Shown: piece after piece, positions 51,178-61,053 of the stretch
How the letters are laid out: each line of letters opens with the position of its first letter
Numbering within the stretch: position 1 is the stretch's first letter
Origin: Candidatus Thorarchaeota archaeon
GTDB taxonomy: Archaea; Asgardarchaeota; Thorarchaeia; Thorarchaeales; Thorarchaeaceae
DNA: 64,000 nucleotides
Direction: 5' to 3'
Assembly (NCBI GenBank): GCA_963726195.1
Contig: CAVSBO010000018.1
Span: 55,894 to 119,893, forward strand
Made by a program: the position numbers and the translations under genes
Notes under the pieces: model-generated
Databases searched by the model: none
What the model was told of the DNA's origin: nothing
The model's input: only the letters and a program-made list of their open reading frames with translations

Positions 51178-52509
51178 TCAACTGGTTGGTTCATCTGATG
51201 TGCTCGACACATCTACCTTGGTCCTAGGCACAATCTCTCTCAGTCCTGAAGGCAGGTATCTATGCAGTGCATTTGGAATCGCTATACTGCCATCCTCTCT
51301 CTGGTGGTTCTCCATGATAGCAACGATGGCCCTTGGATTTGCCATCATGGTGCTGTTCATAGTGTGAACGTATCCTTTCTCGAGACCGCCTTTCTTGAGT
51401 CTGTACTTCACGCTGAGCCTAGTGGCTTGGTATGCAGTACAATTACTGCAGGATACTGCCTCTCGGTAGACGCCTTGCCCCGGCATCCATACTTCCAGAT
51501 CGTACTTCTTCGCAGCCACAGTTCCTATGTCACCTGTGCACACGTTGACAACCCTGTACGGAATCTTGAGCGTCTGGAAGAACTCCTCGGCGTTGGCAAT
51601 CAACTCTTCGTGAGTCTTCCAGGATTCATCCGGATGGCTGAACACGAACTGCTCAACCTTGTTGAACTGGTGCACTCTGAAGATTCCCTTTGTGTCTTTG
51701 CCGTGGCTTCCTGCTTCTTTCCTGAAGCACGCACTGACTCCGGCATACTTCATGGGAAGGCTTGTCGGCTCGAATATCTCACCCATGAACATGGCTGCAA
51801 TCGGGTGCTCTGCGGTCGCAATGAGATAGAGGTCTTCACCCTCCACTTTGTACATGACTTCCTCGAAATCCGCAAGATCCGTCACACCCTCATAGGGTTC
51901 CCGATGAATCATGAACGGGGGATATATCGGTGTGAACCCCTTCTTCGCGAGCATGTCGAGCGCCATGTGTTGCATCGCGAGGTCAAGAATAACCAACTCG
52001 TTCTTCAGGAAGTAGAATCTTGCGCCTGAGATCTTGGCAGCTCTTGGAATATCACCAACATCCAAGATATCAAGAAGATCGACATGACTCTTTGTTTCAA
52101 AATCGAAAGTGGGCTTTCCTCCCCATTCGCGCACAACTTGATTGTCCTCGTCACTGGCGCCATAAGGAACACTCTCATGCAGGAGGTTGGGGATTGTCAT
52201 CTGAATTCTTTTGAGCTGCTCCTCCAGTCTTCCAGTTTCATCCTCAGTCTTGCCTATTGAGTCGTTTACAGCATTGGCTTTGGCAACTAGGTCAGATTCG
52301 TTATTGCCAGCTTTCTTACGCTTGCCTACCTCCCTTGAGAGCCGGTTGCGGTCAGTCCTTAGATCTTGTATCTTCTTGTTCAGGGTCCTGATCTTCTCAT
52401 CCAATTCCAAGAGACGGTCAAGCTGTCTGAGTTTCTCCTCATCCTTTCTTCGTCTAAGGTTCTCTCGAACGACTTCTGCGTTTTCACGTATGAATTTCAG
52501 TTCCAGCAT
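51178..52509 (-). CDS. serS: Serine-tRNA ligase
   Basis: N-terminal coiled coil, TAE, FRKEAG, FRVHQF.KVE, SCSNC. Confidence 0.97.
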   Translation of the reverse strand: MLELKFIRENAEVVRENLRRRKDEEKLRQLDRLLELDEKIRTLNKKIQDLRTDRNRLSREVGKRKKAGNNESDLVAKANAVNDSIGKTEDETGRLEEQLKRIQMTIPNLLHESVPYGASDEDNQVVREWGGKPTFDFETKSHVDLLDILDVGDIPRAAKISGARFYFLKNELVILDLAMQHMALDMLAKKGFTPIYPPFMIHREPYEGVTDLADFEEVMYKVEGEDLYLIATAEHPIAAMFMGEIFEPTSLPMKYAGVSACFRKEAGSHGKDTKGIFRVHQFNKVEQFVFSHPDESWKTHEELIANAEEFFQTLKIPYRVVNVCTGDIGTVAAKKYDLEVWMPGQGVYREAVSCSNCTAYQATRLSVKYRLKKGGLEKGYVHTMNSTMMANPRAIVAIMENHQREDGSIAIPNALHRYLPSGLREIVPRTKVDVSSTSDEPTS

Positions 52510-52655
52510 CTGGCGCTTTCCTTCTCTAAGCTTGGCCTGATAGGCCCGCTTCCTATGGCATCCATGGCCGTTGGGGGCGCTCGAAGCGAAGCTCATTGGA
52601 AGGCCTTAAAGGTGCTGCAAACGCGAAACAACGCTTGAGTAAGGAGCGGATTCGC

Positions 52656-53774
52656 TTGAAGATTGGCATGGTCAGCAAGTTCGATTCACTAGACGGGCTT
52701 TCCACACGTGCCAACGCTGTGTTAGGTAGTCTCTTGGAGCGAGGACACGAAGTTCACGCTTTCACTCGATCGAAGAACGTCGCGTTTCTGCCTCCTGAGA
52801 GAATCCATAGGTTTGGTGGGGTTGGAGTCAACGTCCATTTCTCAATCGATGCCATAGATGTGCCGAAGACAATCGCGAAAGAGTGTAATCGCCATGGAAT
52901 TGAGATCTTGGACGTCCAAATGAACTCGGGTACGACGGATTTTCTCCTGCCTCTCTTCAAGGCAAGTCTGCCGCCGATGGTGGTCACATATCACCTTGCC
53001 TACTCTGATGACGAATCTTGGATGAAGACATTGTTCAACATCATTGGCAAGGTGTCGGTGTTTTCTAGTCGGAGATATGATGCAATAATACTCGTCCATC
53101 CTTTCCAGAAGAGGATATTCCTACCTAATGGTGTTCCCGAAGAGAAACTGAATGTCATAGTGAATGGGGTGGACACGAATCTCTTCAAGCCACGTCAGCA
53201 TGAGAAAGACGATGGAATCATTGATTTCATCTACGTGGGTCGGCTCAGCTATGATAAGGGCGTACATATTCTCATCCAAGCTTTCAGAGAGTATCACAAG
53301 GAGAACCCACAGTCTAGGTTGACACTCATCGGAGATGGAATGCTCAGTTCAATGCTTACCAGTCAAGACTCTGAATCCATTCGATGGCTGGGCAATGTCG
53401 ACCATCGTCTCGTGCATAGGTATCTTCAGAATGCTGACATCTTTGTGGTCCCAATGAGTATCGGACCATTGACGGCATCGATTAGCGTGTTAGAAGCGAT
53501 GAGCTGTGGTCTTCCGTTAATAACCACGAATGTCGCCGATGCAGACCGCATCCTGAGTCCTGAGGAAGGGATTCTTGTGAAGCCCGAGTCCGTGCCGGCC
53601 GTTGTTGATGCGATGCGGGTCATGACCAAGGATGAAAAGAAGAGAGCTTCCATGGGACGGCAGTGTCGCGAGAGGATATTGCGCGAATACTCATGGAACA
53701 GACAGATAGGCCTGATTGAGGGCGTCTACAAGCAAGTCACTAGCCAACGAGGTCTCAGGAGAAGCATTCCCTGA
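52656..53774 (+). CDS. GT4 glycosyltransferase
   Basis: NGVD, VGRL...KG, EAMSCGLP. Confidence 0.92.
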   Translation: MKIGMVSKFDSLDGLSTRANAVLGSLLERGHEVHAFTRSKNVAFLPPERIHRFGGVGVNVHFSIDAIDVPKTIAKECNRHGIEILDVQMNSGTTDFLLPLFKASLPPMVVTYHLAYSDDESWMKTLFNIIGKVSVFSSRRYDAIILVHPFQKRIFLPNGVPEEKLNVIVNGVDTNLFKPRQHEKDDGIIDFIYVGRLSYDKGVHILIQAFREYHKENPQSRLTLIGDGMLSSMLTSQDSESIRWLGNVDHRLVHRYLQNADIFVVPMSIGPLTASISVLEAMSCGLPLITTNVADADRILSPEEGILVKPESVPAVVDAMRVMTKDEKKRASMGRQCRERILREYSWNRQIGLIEGVYKQVTSQRGLRRSIP

Positions 53775-53798
53775 GAATCGTGCCAAGTTTATCTGGCC

Positions 53799-54800
53799 CT
53801 ACTGGCGAGATGTGGCTGACCTATGCCAGTCGAGGTACATGCGTAGGCCGTTTCTGAGAGTGACCTTGGGAGAATAGCCCATTTTACGAGCCGCAAGATC
53901 AATTGACGGGTCGAACTCCATAATGTCACCGGGCCGCGCCGGACCGAACTGTATCGGGACTTTTGTCCCGGACACCTCCATCATCAGCTTGGCCAATGAC
54001 AGAATGTCTATCCGTTCGTTGGTTGCTATGTTATAGAAGTCACACCAACATTTCTTGCTGGTGGAAGACAACAGGTTTGCTCTGGCAACATCAGTGACAT
54101 ATGTGAAGCATCTCTGCTGCTTGCCAGTTCCATCAACTGTCAAGGGTTGACCAGCTAGTAGCCGATTTGCGAACACCGGAATTACCCCGCCGCCCGTGCT
54201 CTCATTCGCCGATTGCCGAGGTCCGTACACGTTGTAGTACCTGAGTGCAACATACTGTGTCGAATAGAGTTTACTCCAGACCCGCAGGTAATCCTCCGCG
54301 GCCATCTTCGAAACTCCATAGGGCGAACTGGGAATGCGAGCGTGTTTCTCCGTCTGAGGCGATTCGATTGGCTCGCCATACACGGAGCCCGTCGAAGAAT
54401 GAACAAATACCTCCGTTCGATCGGTCTCTCTAATCGCTTCAAGCAAGTTCAGCAGTCCCATGACTGTAACTTGGGCATCGTCTCTCGGGTTCTTGATAGA
54501 AAGGACAAGGTTTCTTGCAGCCAGATGAAACACGATTTCGGGTTCGTGCTGTTTCACCATGCTCCGAACGAATTCGCCGTCAGTGATGCTACCCACAGAG
54601 AGAGAAACACTATCCCTGACGACACTAAGGTTGTCTCGGGTGCCATTACTCATGTCATCTATTACGAGAACCTTGGCTCTGGCCTTGACAAGGCTCTCGA
54701 CCAGATGAGAGCCAATGAAACCGGCGCCTCCTGTAACGAGGACTCTGGTATCGTTGAATCTCGCAAGGTCTGGTTCGCTGCTCTTGTTTGGACTCATCAA
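53799..54800 (-). CDS. NAD-dependent epimerase/dehydratase
   Basis: TGGAGFIG, YGVSK, RYYNVYGP. Confidence 0.95.
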   Translation of the reverse strand: MMSPNKSSEPDLARFNDTRVLVTGGAGFIGSHLVESLVKARAKVLVIDDMSNGTRDNLSVVRDSVSLSVGSITDGEFVRSMVKQHEPEIVFHLAARNLVLSIKNPRDDAQVTVMGLLNLLEAIRETDRTEVFVHSSTGSVYGEPIESPQTEKHARIPSSPYGVSKMAAEDYLRVWSKLYSTQYVALRYYNVYGPRQSANESTGGGVIPVFANRLLAGQPLTVDGTGKQQRCFTYVTDVARANLLSSTSKKCWCDFYNIATNERIDILSLAKLMMEVSGTKVPIQFGPARPGDIMEFDPSIDLAARKMGYSPKVTLRNGLRMYLDWHRSATSRQ

Positions 54801-54950
54801 GACACCTTCATATGTACGAACTGAGAGTCCGCCGGAGTGGTCAATAATAAGTATATTGCAAAAGCCCAGAAACGCACTGGTCTGGACATGAATCTCAGAC
54901 CTGAAGCTCGGTCTGTGGTTTGATGTTCCTAGATCAGTCGAAGTGCATTC

Positions 54951-55592
54951 TCACAAGTACAGTCGAGCTGATGGGCACAAATCCTTGACCACACATGAAC
55001 CACATGCCGGCTTCTTGGCCTTGCACGTTCGTCTTCCGTGTGCACCCGCCAAGCGTGCATAGTCGTGCCATTTGTCTTGGGGCAACACGCGCATCAAGTC
55101 AAGTTCAATCTTGGCGGCCGCTTTCTGACTGCTAATTCCGAGGCGCTGAGTTACACGCATTATATGAGTGTCGACTACAATTCCTTCGTTTATTCCGAAA
55201 CATACTGATAAGACAACATTCGCAGTCTTCCTTGAGATTCCCGAGAGAGTCATCAGGTCCTCCATCTTGCGCGGGACTTGTCCCGCGAACCGTTCGGTGA
55301 GTGCCTTCGAAGCATCTCTAAGAAAAGCAGCCTTCCTGTTGTAGGTCCCGCACGGTCGGATGACATCTGCTATGTTCTTCAGTGGCGCTTTCATCATGGA
55401 CTCCGGACTGGGGTATTTGCTGAAGAGTTCCGGTGTAATCATATTGACAGCCTTATCTGCAGTGTGCGCTGACAGAATAGTCGCAATCATCATTTCAAAG
55501 GGGTTACGATGATCCAGATAGGTGGGAGGAGCATCGGGATAAGCTTTGTCAAGTAGCTTCAGAAGCGTTTGTGCTTTCTGTCCTTCAGACAC
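54951..55592 (-). CDS. nth: Endonuclease III
   Basis: HhH LSGISRKTANVV, VDTH, C-x6-C-x2-C-x5-C. Confidence 0.95.
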   Translation of the reverse strand: MSEGQKAQTLLKLLDKAYPDAPPTYLDHRNPFEMMIATILSAHTADKAVNMITPELFSKYPSPESMMKAPLKNIADVIRPCGTYNRKAAFLRDASKALTERFAGQVPRKMEDLMTLSGISRKTANVVLSVCFGINEGIVVDTHIMRVTQRLGISSQKAAAKIELDLMRVLPQDKWHDYARLAGAHGRRTCKAKKPACGSCVVKDLCPSARLYL

Positions 55593-55646
55593 CGCGCAAT
55601 TAACCCTCCTCGAATACGGACGCAGCCTACCAATAAGGGCAGTGGC

Positions 55647-57056
55647 TCACTGTCTTGTGGGTTCGACAATCTGCTTGGGCGCCGGCGGCTCATTATTCCT
55701 TCCTACCAAACCAATGCGAGCAATTGACGCTAGGATGATAATATTGAGAATGAGAACGACAGTGAAGAGCTGTGAGGGATCTGCGTATGTAAACAGAAGA
55801 CCGCCAATGAAAGGTCCAAAAGACATGAAAAGATAAACGACAAACCAAAAGACGGCCAGCGTCTTTGCGGTATCTTGTCGCGGGAGTCTCTTTTGAATCA
55901 GTGTTAACAGTACTAGACTCCATAGTGTGTCATTGATGCCCTTGATGACAAGTGCCAGAAACGGTGTTGTAAACACGATACTGAGTCCTGGCATTCTAGA
56001 GTCGGCGATTTGGACCAGCTGTAGTGGAACCCAGTATGGGACGACCGGGGCCAGTATAATCAGGATTGCACACAGAGGCATCACACTGTATACGGCAAAG
56101 GCCGCCTTTCTGACCCCTCTTCGATCTGAGAACCTCCCGATTTTCAGGAGCAGGGGAACTGACGCGACGAGAGCGACCAATACAATGACCGTGATGCCTG
56201 ATATCGAGACGCCGAGGTACTCATTAGTATAGAGAAGCGCTCCGAAACTGAAGAGAGCATCACTGAACGAATCCAGAATGACGACAACGAGAACTCCTGG
56301 CATCACTTTCAGAAGCAAGTTCACTGCGTGGCGGTTCTCGCGAAGGAAATCCTTCCAAAGTGGAGTGCCAACAGCTCTCTTTCTTTGCACACTCGACGTG
56401 AGAAAGCGTGCCCGCGCTGCTGTACATGCGAAGAATAGCAGACCAGCCGAAACGAAACAGAATCGTATGGCGAGTGCAAAACCCACAAGCGGAACAAGAA
56501 TGCCAAACGGAATCAAGACCAGTACTCCGAAAGAGTTCCCTGCCGTAAATAGGGAGAGTGCAAAGCCACTCTCCTTCTGTGGGATATTGTCCATGATGTA
56601 TGCCGAGGACCCTCCTTTTGCTATGTCCATGGTTGCATAGACCATTAGACCGGCAAAGATGGCCGTGAAATCAGTGAAGAGTCCTAGCATTACATGGCTG
56701 ACAGCTGCCATAAACATTGCAATGACCGCGAGTTTCTTGCGGTCAACAGCATCGCCGACGTATCCACCAAGGATTCTTGCAATCGCCGACGTGGTACTAA
56801 CAATTGCCATTACGAATCCTATTTGCAGATAGTCCCAACCACTGGCTCGCAAATAGAGATTCAACAAACTCCAAACTACTAGGAACGCACTGAATATCCA
56901 AGAAGTGACTAGATAAACAGCATAATTGTGCCAAGCGAAAATCGACTTGAGTGAGGTTCGGACACCAGAACGAGACAACTGGGTTTCATCGTTGCTGGAC
57001 TGGTAATCTTGTGGCGCACCAATTCCGACGGGTTGCTCATCCGACGATTCACTCAC
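55647..57056 (-). CDS. MFS transporter
   Basis: 12 TM helices; motif-A-like GYVGDAVDRK and GRFSDRRGVR. Confidence 0.9.
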   Translation of the reverse strand: MSESSDEQPVGIGAPQDYQSSNDETQLSRSGVRTSLKSIFAWHNYAVYLVTSWIFSAFLVVWSLLNLYLRASGWDYLQIGFVMAIVSTTSAIARILGGYVGDAVDRKKLAVIAMFMAAVSHVMLGLFTDFTAIFAGLMVYATMDIAKGGSSAYIMDNIPQKESGFALSLFTAGNSFGVLVLIPFGILVPLVGFALAIRFCFVSAGLLFFACTAARARFLTSSVQRKRAVGTPLWKDFLRENRHAVNLLLKVMPGVLVVVILDSFSDALFSFGALLYTNEYLGVSISGITVIVLVALVASVPLLLKIGRFSDRRGVRKAAFAVYSVMPLCAILIILAPVVPYWVPLQLVQIADSRMPGLSIVFTTPFLALVIKGINDTLWSLVLLTLIQKRLPRQDTAKTLAVFWFVVYLFMSFGPFIGGLLFTYADPSQLFTVVLILNIIILASIARIGLVGRNNEPPAPKQIVEPTRQ

Positions 57057-57248
57057 ATGATCATCATCTCGTCCTCTTGCCGGGCGCTTTGCAACCTCTT
57101 CCGTGTCTTTCTCCTTCTGCAGGCTTGGGAGCGGTCCTCAATGATGGGACCAACATGGCACTACAATCCACTGCATGACAGAATGCATCAGCCATGGATT
57201 TCAACTCCTGTAATCCCTTATCCTTGCGCCCGTCACGAATCGTTGCAA

Positions 57249-57281
57249 GCAAAACCCGTACGTTGTGCGCCCGGGCTTTGC
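57249..57281 (-). terminator. Stem-loop after the 85-aa gene
   Basis: GCAAAACCCG...CGGGCTTTGC inverted repeat. Confidence 0.45.
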
Positions 57282-57539
57282 TCACGATTCGAAAACGAGC
57301 ACTTTCACATCGCCATCGGCCGTTGGCACAGCCATTAGCCTGTGTGTGCATATGTCTGCTGTCAGGACGAGGCACTCAGGAGGCGCCTTGGATGACATAA
57401 GGTTCTTGACTGCCAGTTCGAGGTTCAGAGCGACAAGCCTGATGATTTCCGGATCATTAAGCACATCAACCTCTCTGCCCGTCTCAGACATAGCAGAATA
57501 CTCTATTGCTGTTGTTCCGATTCTTTCTGTTTCTATCAT
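57282..57539 (-). CDS. Small hypothetical protein (85 aa) downstream of the peptide genes
   Basis: SD GGGAG; globular composition. Confidence 0.75.
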   Translation of the reverse strand: MIETERIGTTAIEYSAMSETGREVDVLNDPEIIRLVALNLELAVKNLMSSKAPPECLVLTADICTHRLMAVPTADGDVKVLVFES

Positions 57540-57578
57540 TATTCTTCGTCTCCCTTTTCATGAGGTATGTATCTTTGT

Positions 57579-57623
57579 TTACCATGGTGTTGGATCTGGT
57601 GATATTGGATTTGGATTAGACAT
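57579..57623 (-). CDS. Micropeptide MSNPNPISPDPTPW (14 aa)
   Basis: SD GGAGGAG 7 nt upstream; near-identical copy at 57760-57804. Confidence 0.7.
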   Translation of the reverse strand: MSNPNPISPDPTPW

Positions 57624-57759
57624 GTGTTCTCTCCTCCGTTGAATGAATGCTCCGATGTTGACCTGAGCAACACTGTGCTACGGGTTCCGTTGTGTTGCCT
57701 TTGTTCAGGGTATTCCATTTTGTTTCTCTCTCCCTCTGGTTCGAACGTGGTTCTCACGT

Positions 57760-57804
57760 TTACCATGGGCATGGGTCTGGTGATATTGGATTTGGATTAG
57801 ACAT
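57760..57804 (-). CDS. Micropeptide MSNPNPISPDPCPW (14 aa)
   Basis: SD AAGGAGGA; differs from the other copy by a synonymous Asp change and T->C. Confidence 0.7.
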   Translation of the reverse strand: MSNPNPISPDPCPW

Positions 57805-57927
57805 GTGTTCTTTCCTCCTTTCTCCGACGGGTGAAGCTCGAGTACCTAATGTCCAATGCAATTGCGCGACAAGGTGGTCGCTGGACAGCATGGACCCATT
57901 GGAGACTCCGTGCGTTCTGTGTTCTGC

Positions 57928-58050
57928 CTAGAACGGACTGGGGTCTTCACAGGGCGGCTGTACAACGGTCGAAATGCCACGCACTATTCCGACTGACAAC
58001 AATCTGAGAGCGATTCGGTTGTCGGTCATGCTCTCGTAGATCGTGCGCAT
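57928..58050 (-). CDS. Peptide of 40 aa (45 aa if it starts at ATT 58065) ending VVQPPCEDPSPF
   Basis: SD AAGGAGGTGA at 58071-58080; C-terminal DPxP[F/W] shared with the 14-mers. Confidence 0.6.
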   Translation of the reverse strand: MRTIYESMTDNRIALRLLSVGIVRGISTVVQPPCEDPSPF

Positions 58051-58420
58051 GCGATCTGTGCTAATGCTTGTCACCTCCTTTGCTAAGCTTGCTTGGATAT
58101 CGATACTCTGGAATGCCTTCTACACACGGTCCCACCTTTGCTATTATGGCCCGTTGGGTGCCAGCTAGGCTCGGTCCAGCCCGATGGCACCGGCTGCAGA
58201 GGCCATTCCGGCAGTTTCAGGCACTGAAACTGTAGAGAATATATCCGCATTCCAGATTAAGAATTAGTAGGGTTGCCATGGGGCGCAATTAGGGCCGACA
58301 AAGCCAAAGATAAGGAGCCGTGGCCCGGAGTCCCCATTTTCATATATCGGACTATGACTAGGTGTGCAAAAGAAGATAAGAAAATAGGCCCCAAAACTTT
58401 ACAATCGGCCAACGACTTTT

Positions 58421-59509
58421 GTGCCCAAGGAGTCGATTTTGAACATGCTTTATGCTGCGGACATGAGGTTGCTAAGAAGGTTGGCAATGAATCCGGGCAT
58501 GCGCCAAAGCGATCTGGCGAAGGATCTTCACGTAAGCAGACCAATGGTCAACCAGACATGGCAGAAACTAGCTCACGATAATGGTCTTCAAGTAAAATCC
58601 AACATTGACTATGGACAGGTGGGCATGAGTCTCGTGTTTGGCTGGGCGCAGGCCTCAGAAACCTCGGATCGTCTCAGGGATTTCTGTACGTGGCTAGAGT
58701 CCAATGTCCACGCAGCAGAAGTGACAGAATCTGTCATGTCATCAAGAAGCAATGCTGCTGTCTACTTCGAAGTCATCATACCCCCAAGTGATACCCCGCC
58801 ATTTCCCTCTCGTTTCATGGAATGGTCGAGCGATACCTCAAGTGACTTCGCTATCAAATACGATCTCGCAAGGGAGGTCTCGAACCATCTAAACATGGGA
58901 CTCTTCAATGGCGGCCAGTGGACTCTCGACGAAGGATTTCGGTTCGAAGCCAGCACTGGGGCCGTAAAGGATTACGCGGATGTGCTCCCGACCATGAGTT
59001 CGCTCAAGCTCAGCAAACCCGTCACAGCTACAATAGAGAATATGGCAATTCTGTCCGTTCTCGAGGACAACTACCATGCCTCAGTCGGAGAGGTCACCAA
59101 GTACATGAGCCACTTGGGCCTGCAGAGTGTTCCCGAGAGAACTCTCAGAAGACGCATCGATATCATTCGAAGAAGGATGACCTTACCTTATGTCACTCTC
59201 AGCAACATCGGCCTCACAGACCGATTTTTCCTGTGCATCGATTCAGGCACTCAGGAATCAACCCTATCCAGGGCGCTCCACATTCAGGCGAGCACTTTGC
59301 CAAAGGCGAGAGTCTTGTCGGGTCGCAGTCTCTCAGTCCTAAGTATAGAGTTACCATCCCTCAGGAACTGGCTAGCGCTTACATCATCGCTGATGCAGAT
59401 CACGAAAAGCCCCGCGGAAACACTCACATTCATAGCACAAGAATCCGCTACCAAAAACACATTAGAGCAGGCTATCCAAGGAGTGACGAGAAAGCACGGT
59501 CACGCGTAA
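58421..59509 (+). CDS. Large regulator with duplicated wHTH/Lrp-AsnC-like modules
   Basis: QSDLAKDLHVSRPMVNQTWQKL HTH, IDYGQVGM linker; second HTH SVPERTLRRRI and LSNIGL. Confidence 0.8.
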   Translation: MPKESILNMLYAADMRLLRRLAMNPGMRQSDLAKDLHVSRPMVNQTWQKLAHDNGLQVKSNIDYGQVGMSLVFGWAQASETSDRLRDFCTWLESNVHAAEVTESVMSSRSNAAVYFEVIIPPSDTPPFPSRFMEWSSDTSSDFAIKYDLAREVSNHLNMGLFNGGQWTLDEGFRFEASTGAVKDYADVLPTMSSLKLSKPVTATIENMAILSVLEDNYHASVGEVTKYMSHLGLQSVPERTLRRRIDIIRRRMTLPYVTLSNIGLTDRFFLCIDSGTQESTLSRALHIQASTLPKARVLSGRSLSVLSIELPSLRNWLALTSSLMQITKSPAETLTFIAQESATKNTLEQAIQGVTRKHGHA

Positions 59510-59575
59510 GCCTATTCGAATTGAGATGACCAGACCCATATGCTCGTTGCTGTAAGCAGAGAGGTGCCTTGAGAG

Positions 59576-60997
59576 TTGGTGCCGGGCCAGAGCGCCTTGC
59601 CAGAGATATCCACGCCGTATGATGACTTGATTCCATCGGTGGAGGATTCTTCCTCCCGTTTCTACCTTGAGGCAATTCGCCTATACCTTGCTCTGTGTGC
59701 TGGAACAGTATCTTTTGAAGATGCTAAACGTGTCGTTGAGCATCTGAAAGAGAACCCCGAGTTCGCAAAGTCTCCGACCGACCCGACTGTGGTTCCTGTC
59801 AACGAGCGTTTCATGAAGAAGATTATTGACAATCTTAAGACGCTCAAGAAGTACAACCTTCATACATCTGACTCGATCAAGTCCGCCTACAGCTTCGCAT
59901 TCCTGAATGAAGATGCTTCAATCAACGACAAGGATTTTCAAATCCTTTCCTGCCTTGCAGATTCACCGCTTGCGACCGCAAATGCCATCGCGAGAACCTT
60001 AGGGTTTGCTCCTAAGACAGTCTCAACATCTCTTCTTCGTCTGAGGGAACGACATGCGGTAAGATTCAGCTGTCTGTTCGACAACACGGCCTTTGGTATT
60101 CAGTCTGTCGTCCTTTTCTTCAAGCTGGCTGAAGGAATTGACTGGGCTAACGTTGAAACAGGACTGGCAGAGTTCCCATTCACTAGAAGCATTCTCAAGA
60201 CAGCCATCAGTGACTTGGGCTACGCTTCATTCATGTTTCCCGGTGGTGAGGAGGAACTCACGATTCTTCGTTCTAGTGCGAGCCGGCTTGCAGGCAAGGT
60301 TCTCGACTACGTAAGCATGCATGTGCAGTCATCGACGGGTGTCGGGTCAAACCTCTCTCTGTACGAGAACGGCGCGTGGTCTCTCTCGGAAGCCGTTCGC
60401 CACCCTTTTGAAGTGGCACCTGTTGAAGGAAATAAGATTCCGCTTTATGGTCTGTCATGCGAAGGGCGAAAGAAGGAATTTCAACGCGTTGATTTTGCCA
60501 TTGCTTCTGAGCTGAGAACTGATTGTCGTGCCGCTCCGGAGACCATCAGCCAAAATCTTCGGATAAAAGGGTGGGATGTTGACCCGCGGCAAATCACAAG
60601 CTCCACCCATAGATTGATTGAGCGTCGTGTGATACTGCCATACATGGTTCTCGCAGGAATCGGCCTCACAGCCAATTTCTGTTTTGAGATAGTATGCAAG
60701 CCTGACTGGACGGAACGGATTATGTCACTGATGCCCCTAGTTCCGGCGGCTGTCTATCTTGTGTCTTCCCGGGGAGTGGTATTTTGGATACAGGTCCCGA
60801 GCCAACATCAGGTCGAGTACTACCAGTACTTCCGTTCACTGGAGCGTATGCCCGGAGTGGAGTCGGTACTACCGATCATGACTCTTGTTCAGAAGGGCTC
60901 GCGTTCCATGCTGGACCTAGTTCGTCACTGGAAAGCAGAGAAGGACTTCTGGTATGTGGAGCCAGAAGACTTGGACTTAGCCAGCTATCTGACTTAG
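59576..60997 (+). CDS. Second large duplicated wHTH/Lrp-AsnC-like regulator with an N-terminal extension
   Basis: DKDFQIL..L.DSP...IARTLGFAPKTVSTSL.RL, FDNTAFGI; second module DFAIASELRTDCR and LAGIGL. Confidence 0.8.
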   Translation: MVPGQSALPEISTPYDDLIPSVEDSSSRFYLEAIRLYLALCAGTVSFEDAKRVVEHLKENPEFAKSPTDPTVVPVNERFMKKIIDNLKTLKKYNLHTSDSIKSAYSFAFLNEDASINDKDFQILSCLADSPLATANAIARTLGFAPKTVSTSLLRLRERHAVRFSCLFDNTAFGIQSVVLFFKLAEGIDWANVETGLAEFPFTRSILKTAISDLGYASFMFPGGEEELTILRSSASRLAGKVLDYVSMHVQSSTGVGSNLSLYENGAWSLSEAVRHPFEVAPVEGNKIPLYGLSCEGRKKEFQRVDFAIASELRTDCRAAPETISQNLRIKGWDVDPRQITSSTHRLIERRVILPYMVLAGIGLTANFCFEIVCKPDWTERIMSLMPLVPAAVYLVSSRGVVFWIQVPSQHQVEYYQYFRSLERMPGVESVLPIMTLVQKGSRSMLDLVRHWKAEKDFWYVEPEDLDLASYLT

Positions 60998-61053
60998 AAA
61001 GCCAACAGGAAGGACAAGTCTGAATCCTATCTCACAAGTACCTTGTGGAGCGT

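Noticed and set aside
57539-57772. 77-aa ORF from the ORF track
   Set aside because: It overlaps the SD-led 14-mers out of frame, and its tail (IQIQYHQIQHH) is the off-frame reading of the peptide gene. A shorter version from MEYPEQ cannot be fully excluded.
57577-57820. The ~60-bp direct repeat as a mini-CRISPR array or att site
   Set aside because: There are only two copies, the repeat and the ~120-bp spacer are too long, and no cas or integrase genes are present. Conservation matches SD, ORF and stop exactly.
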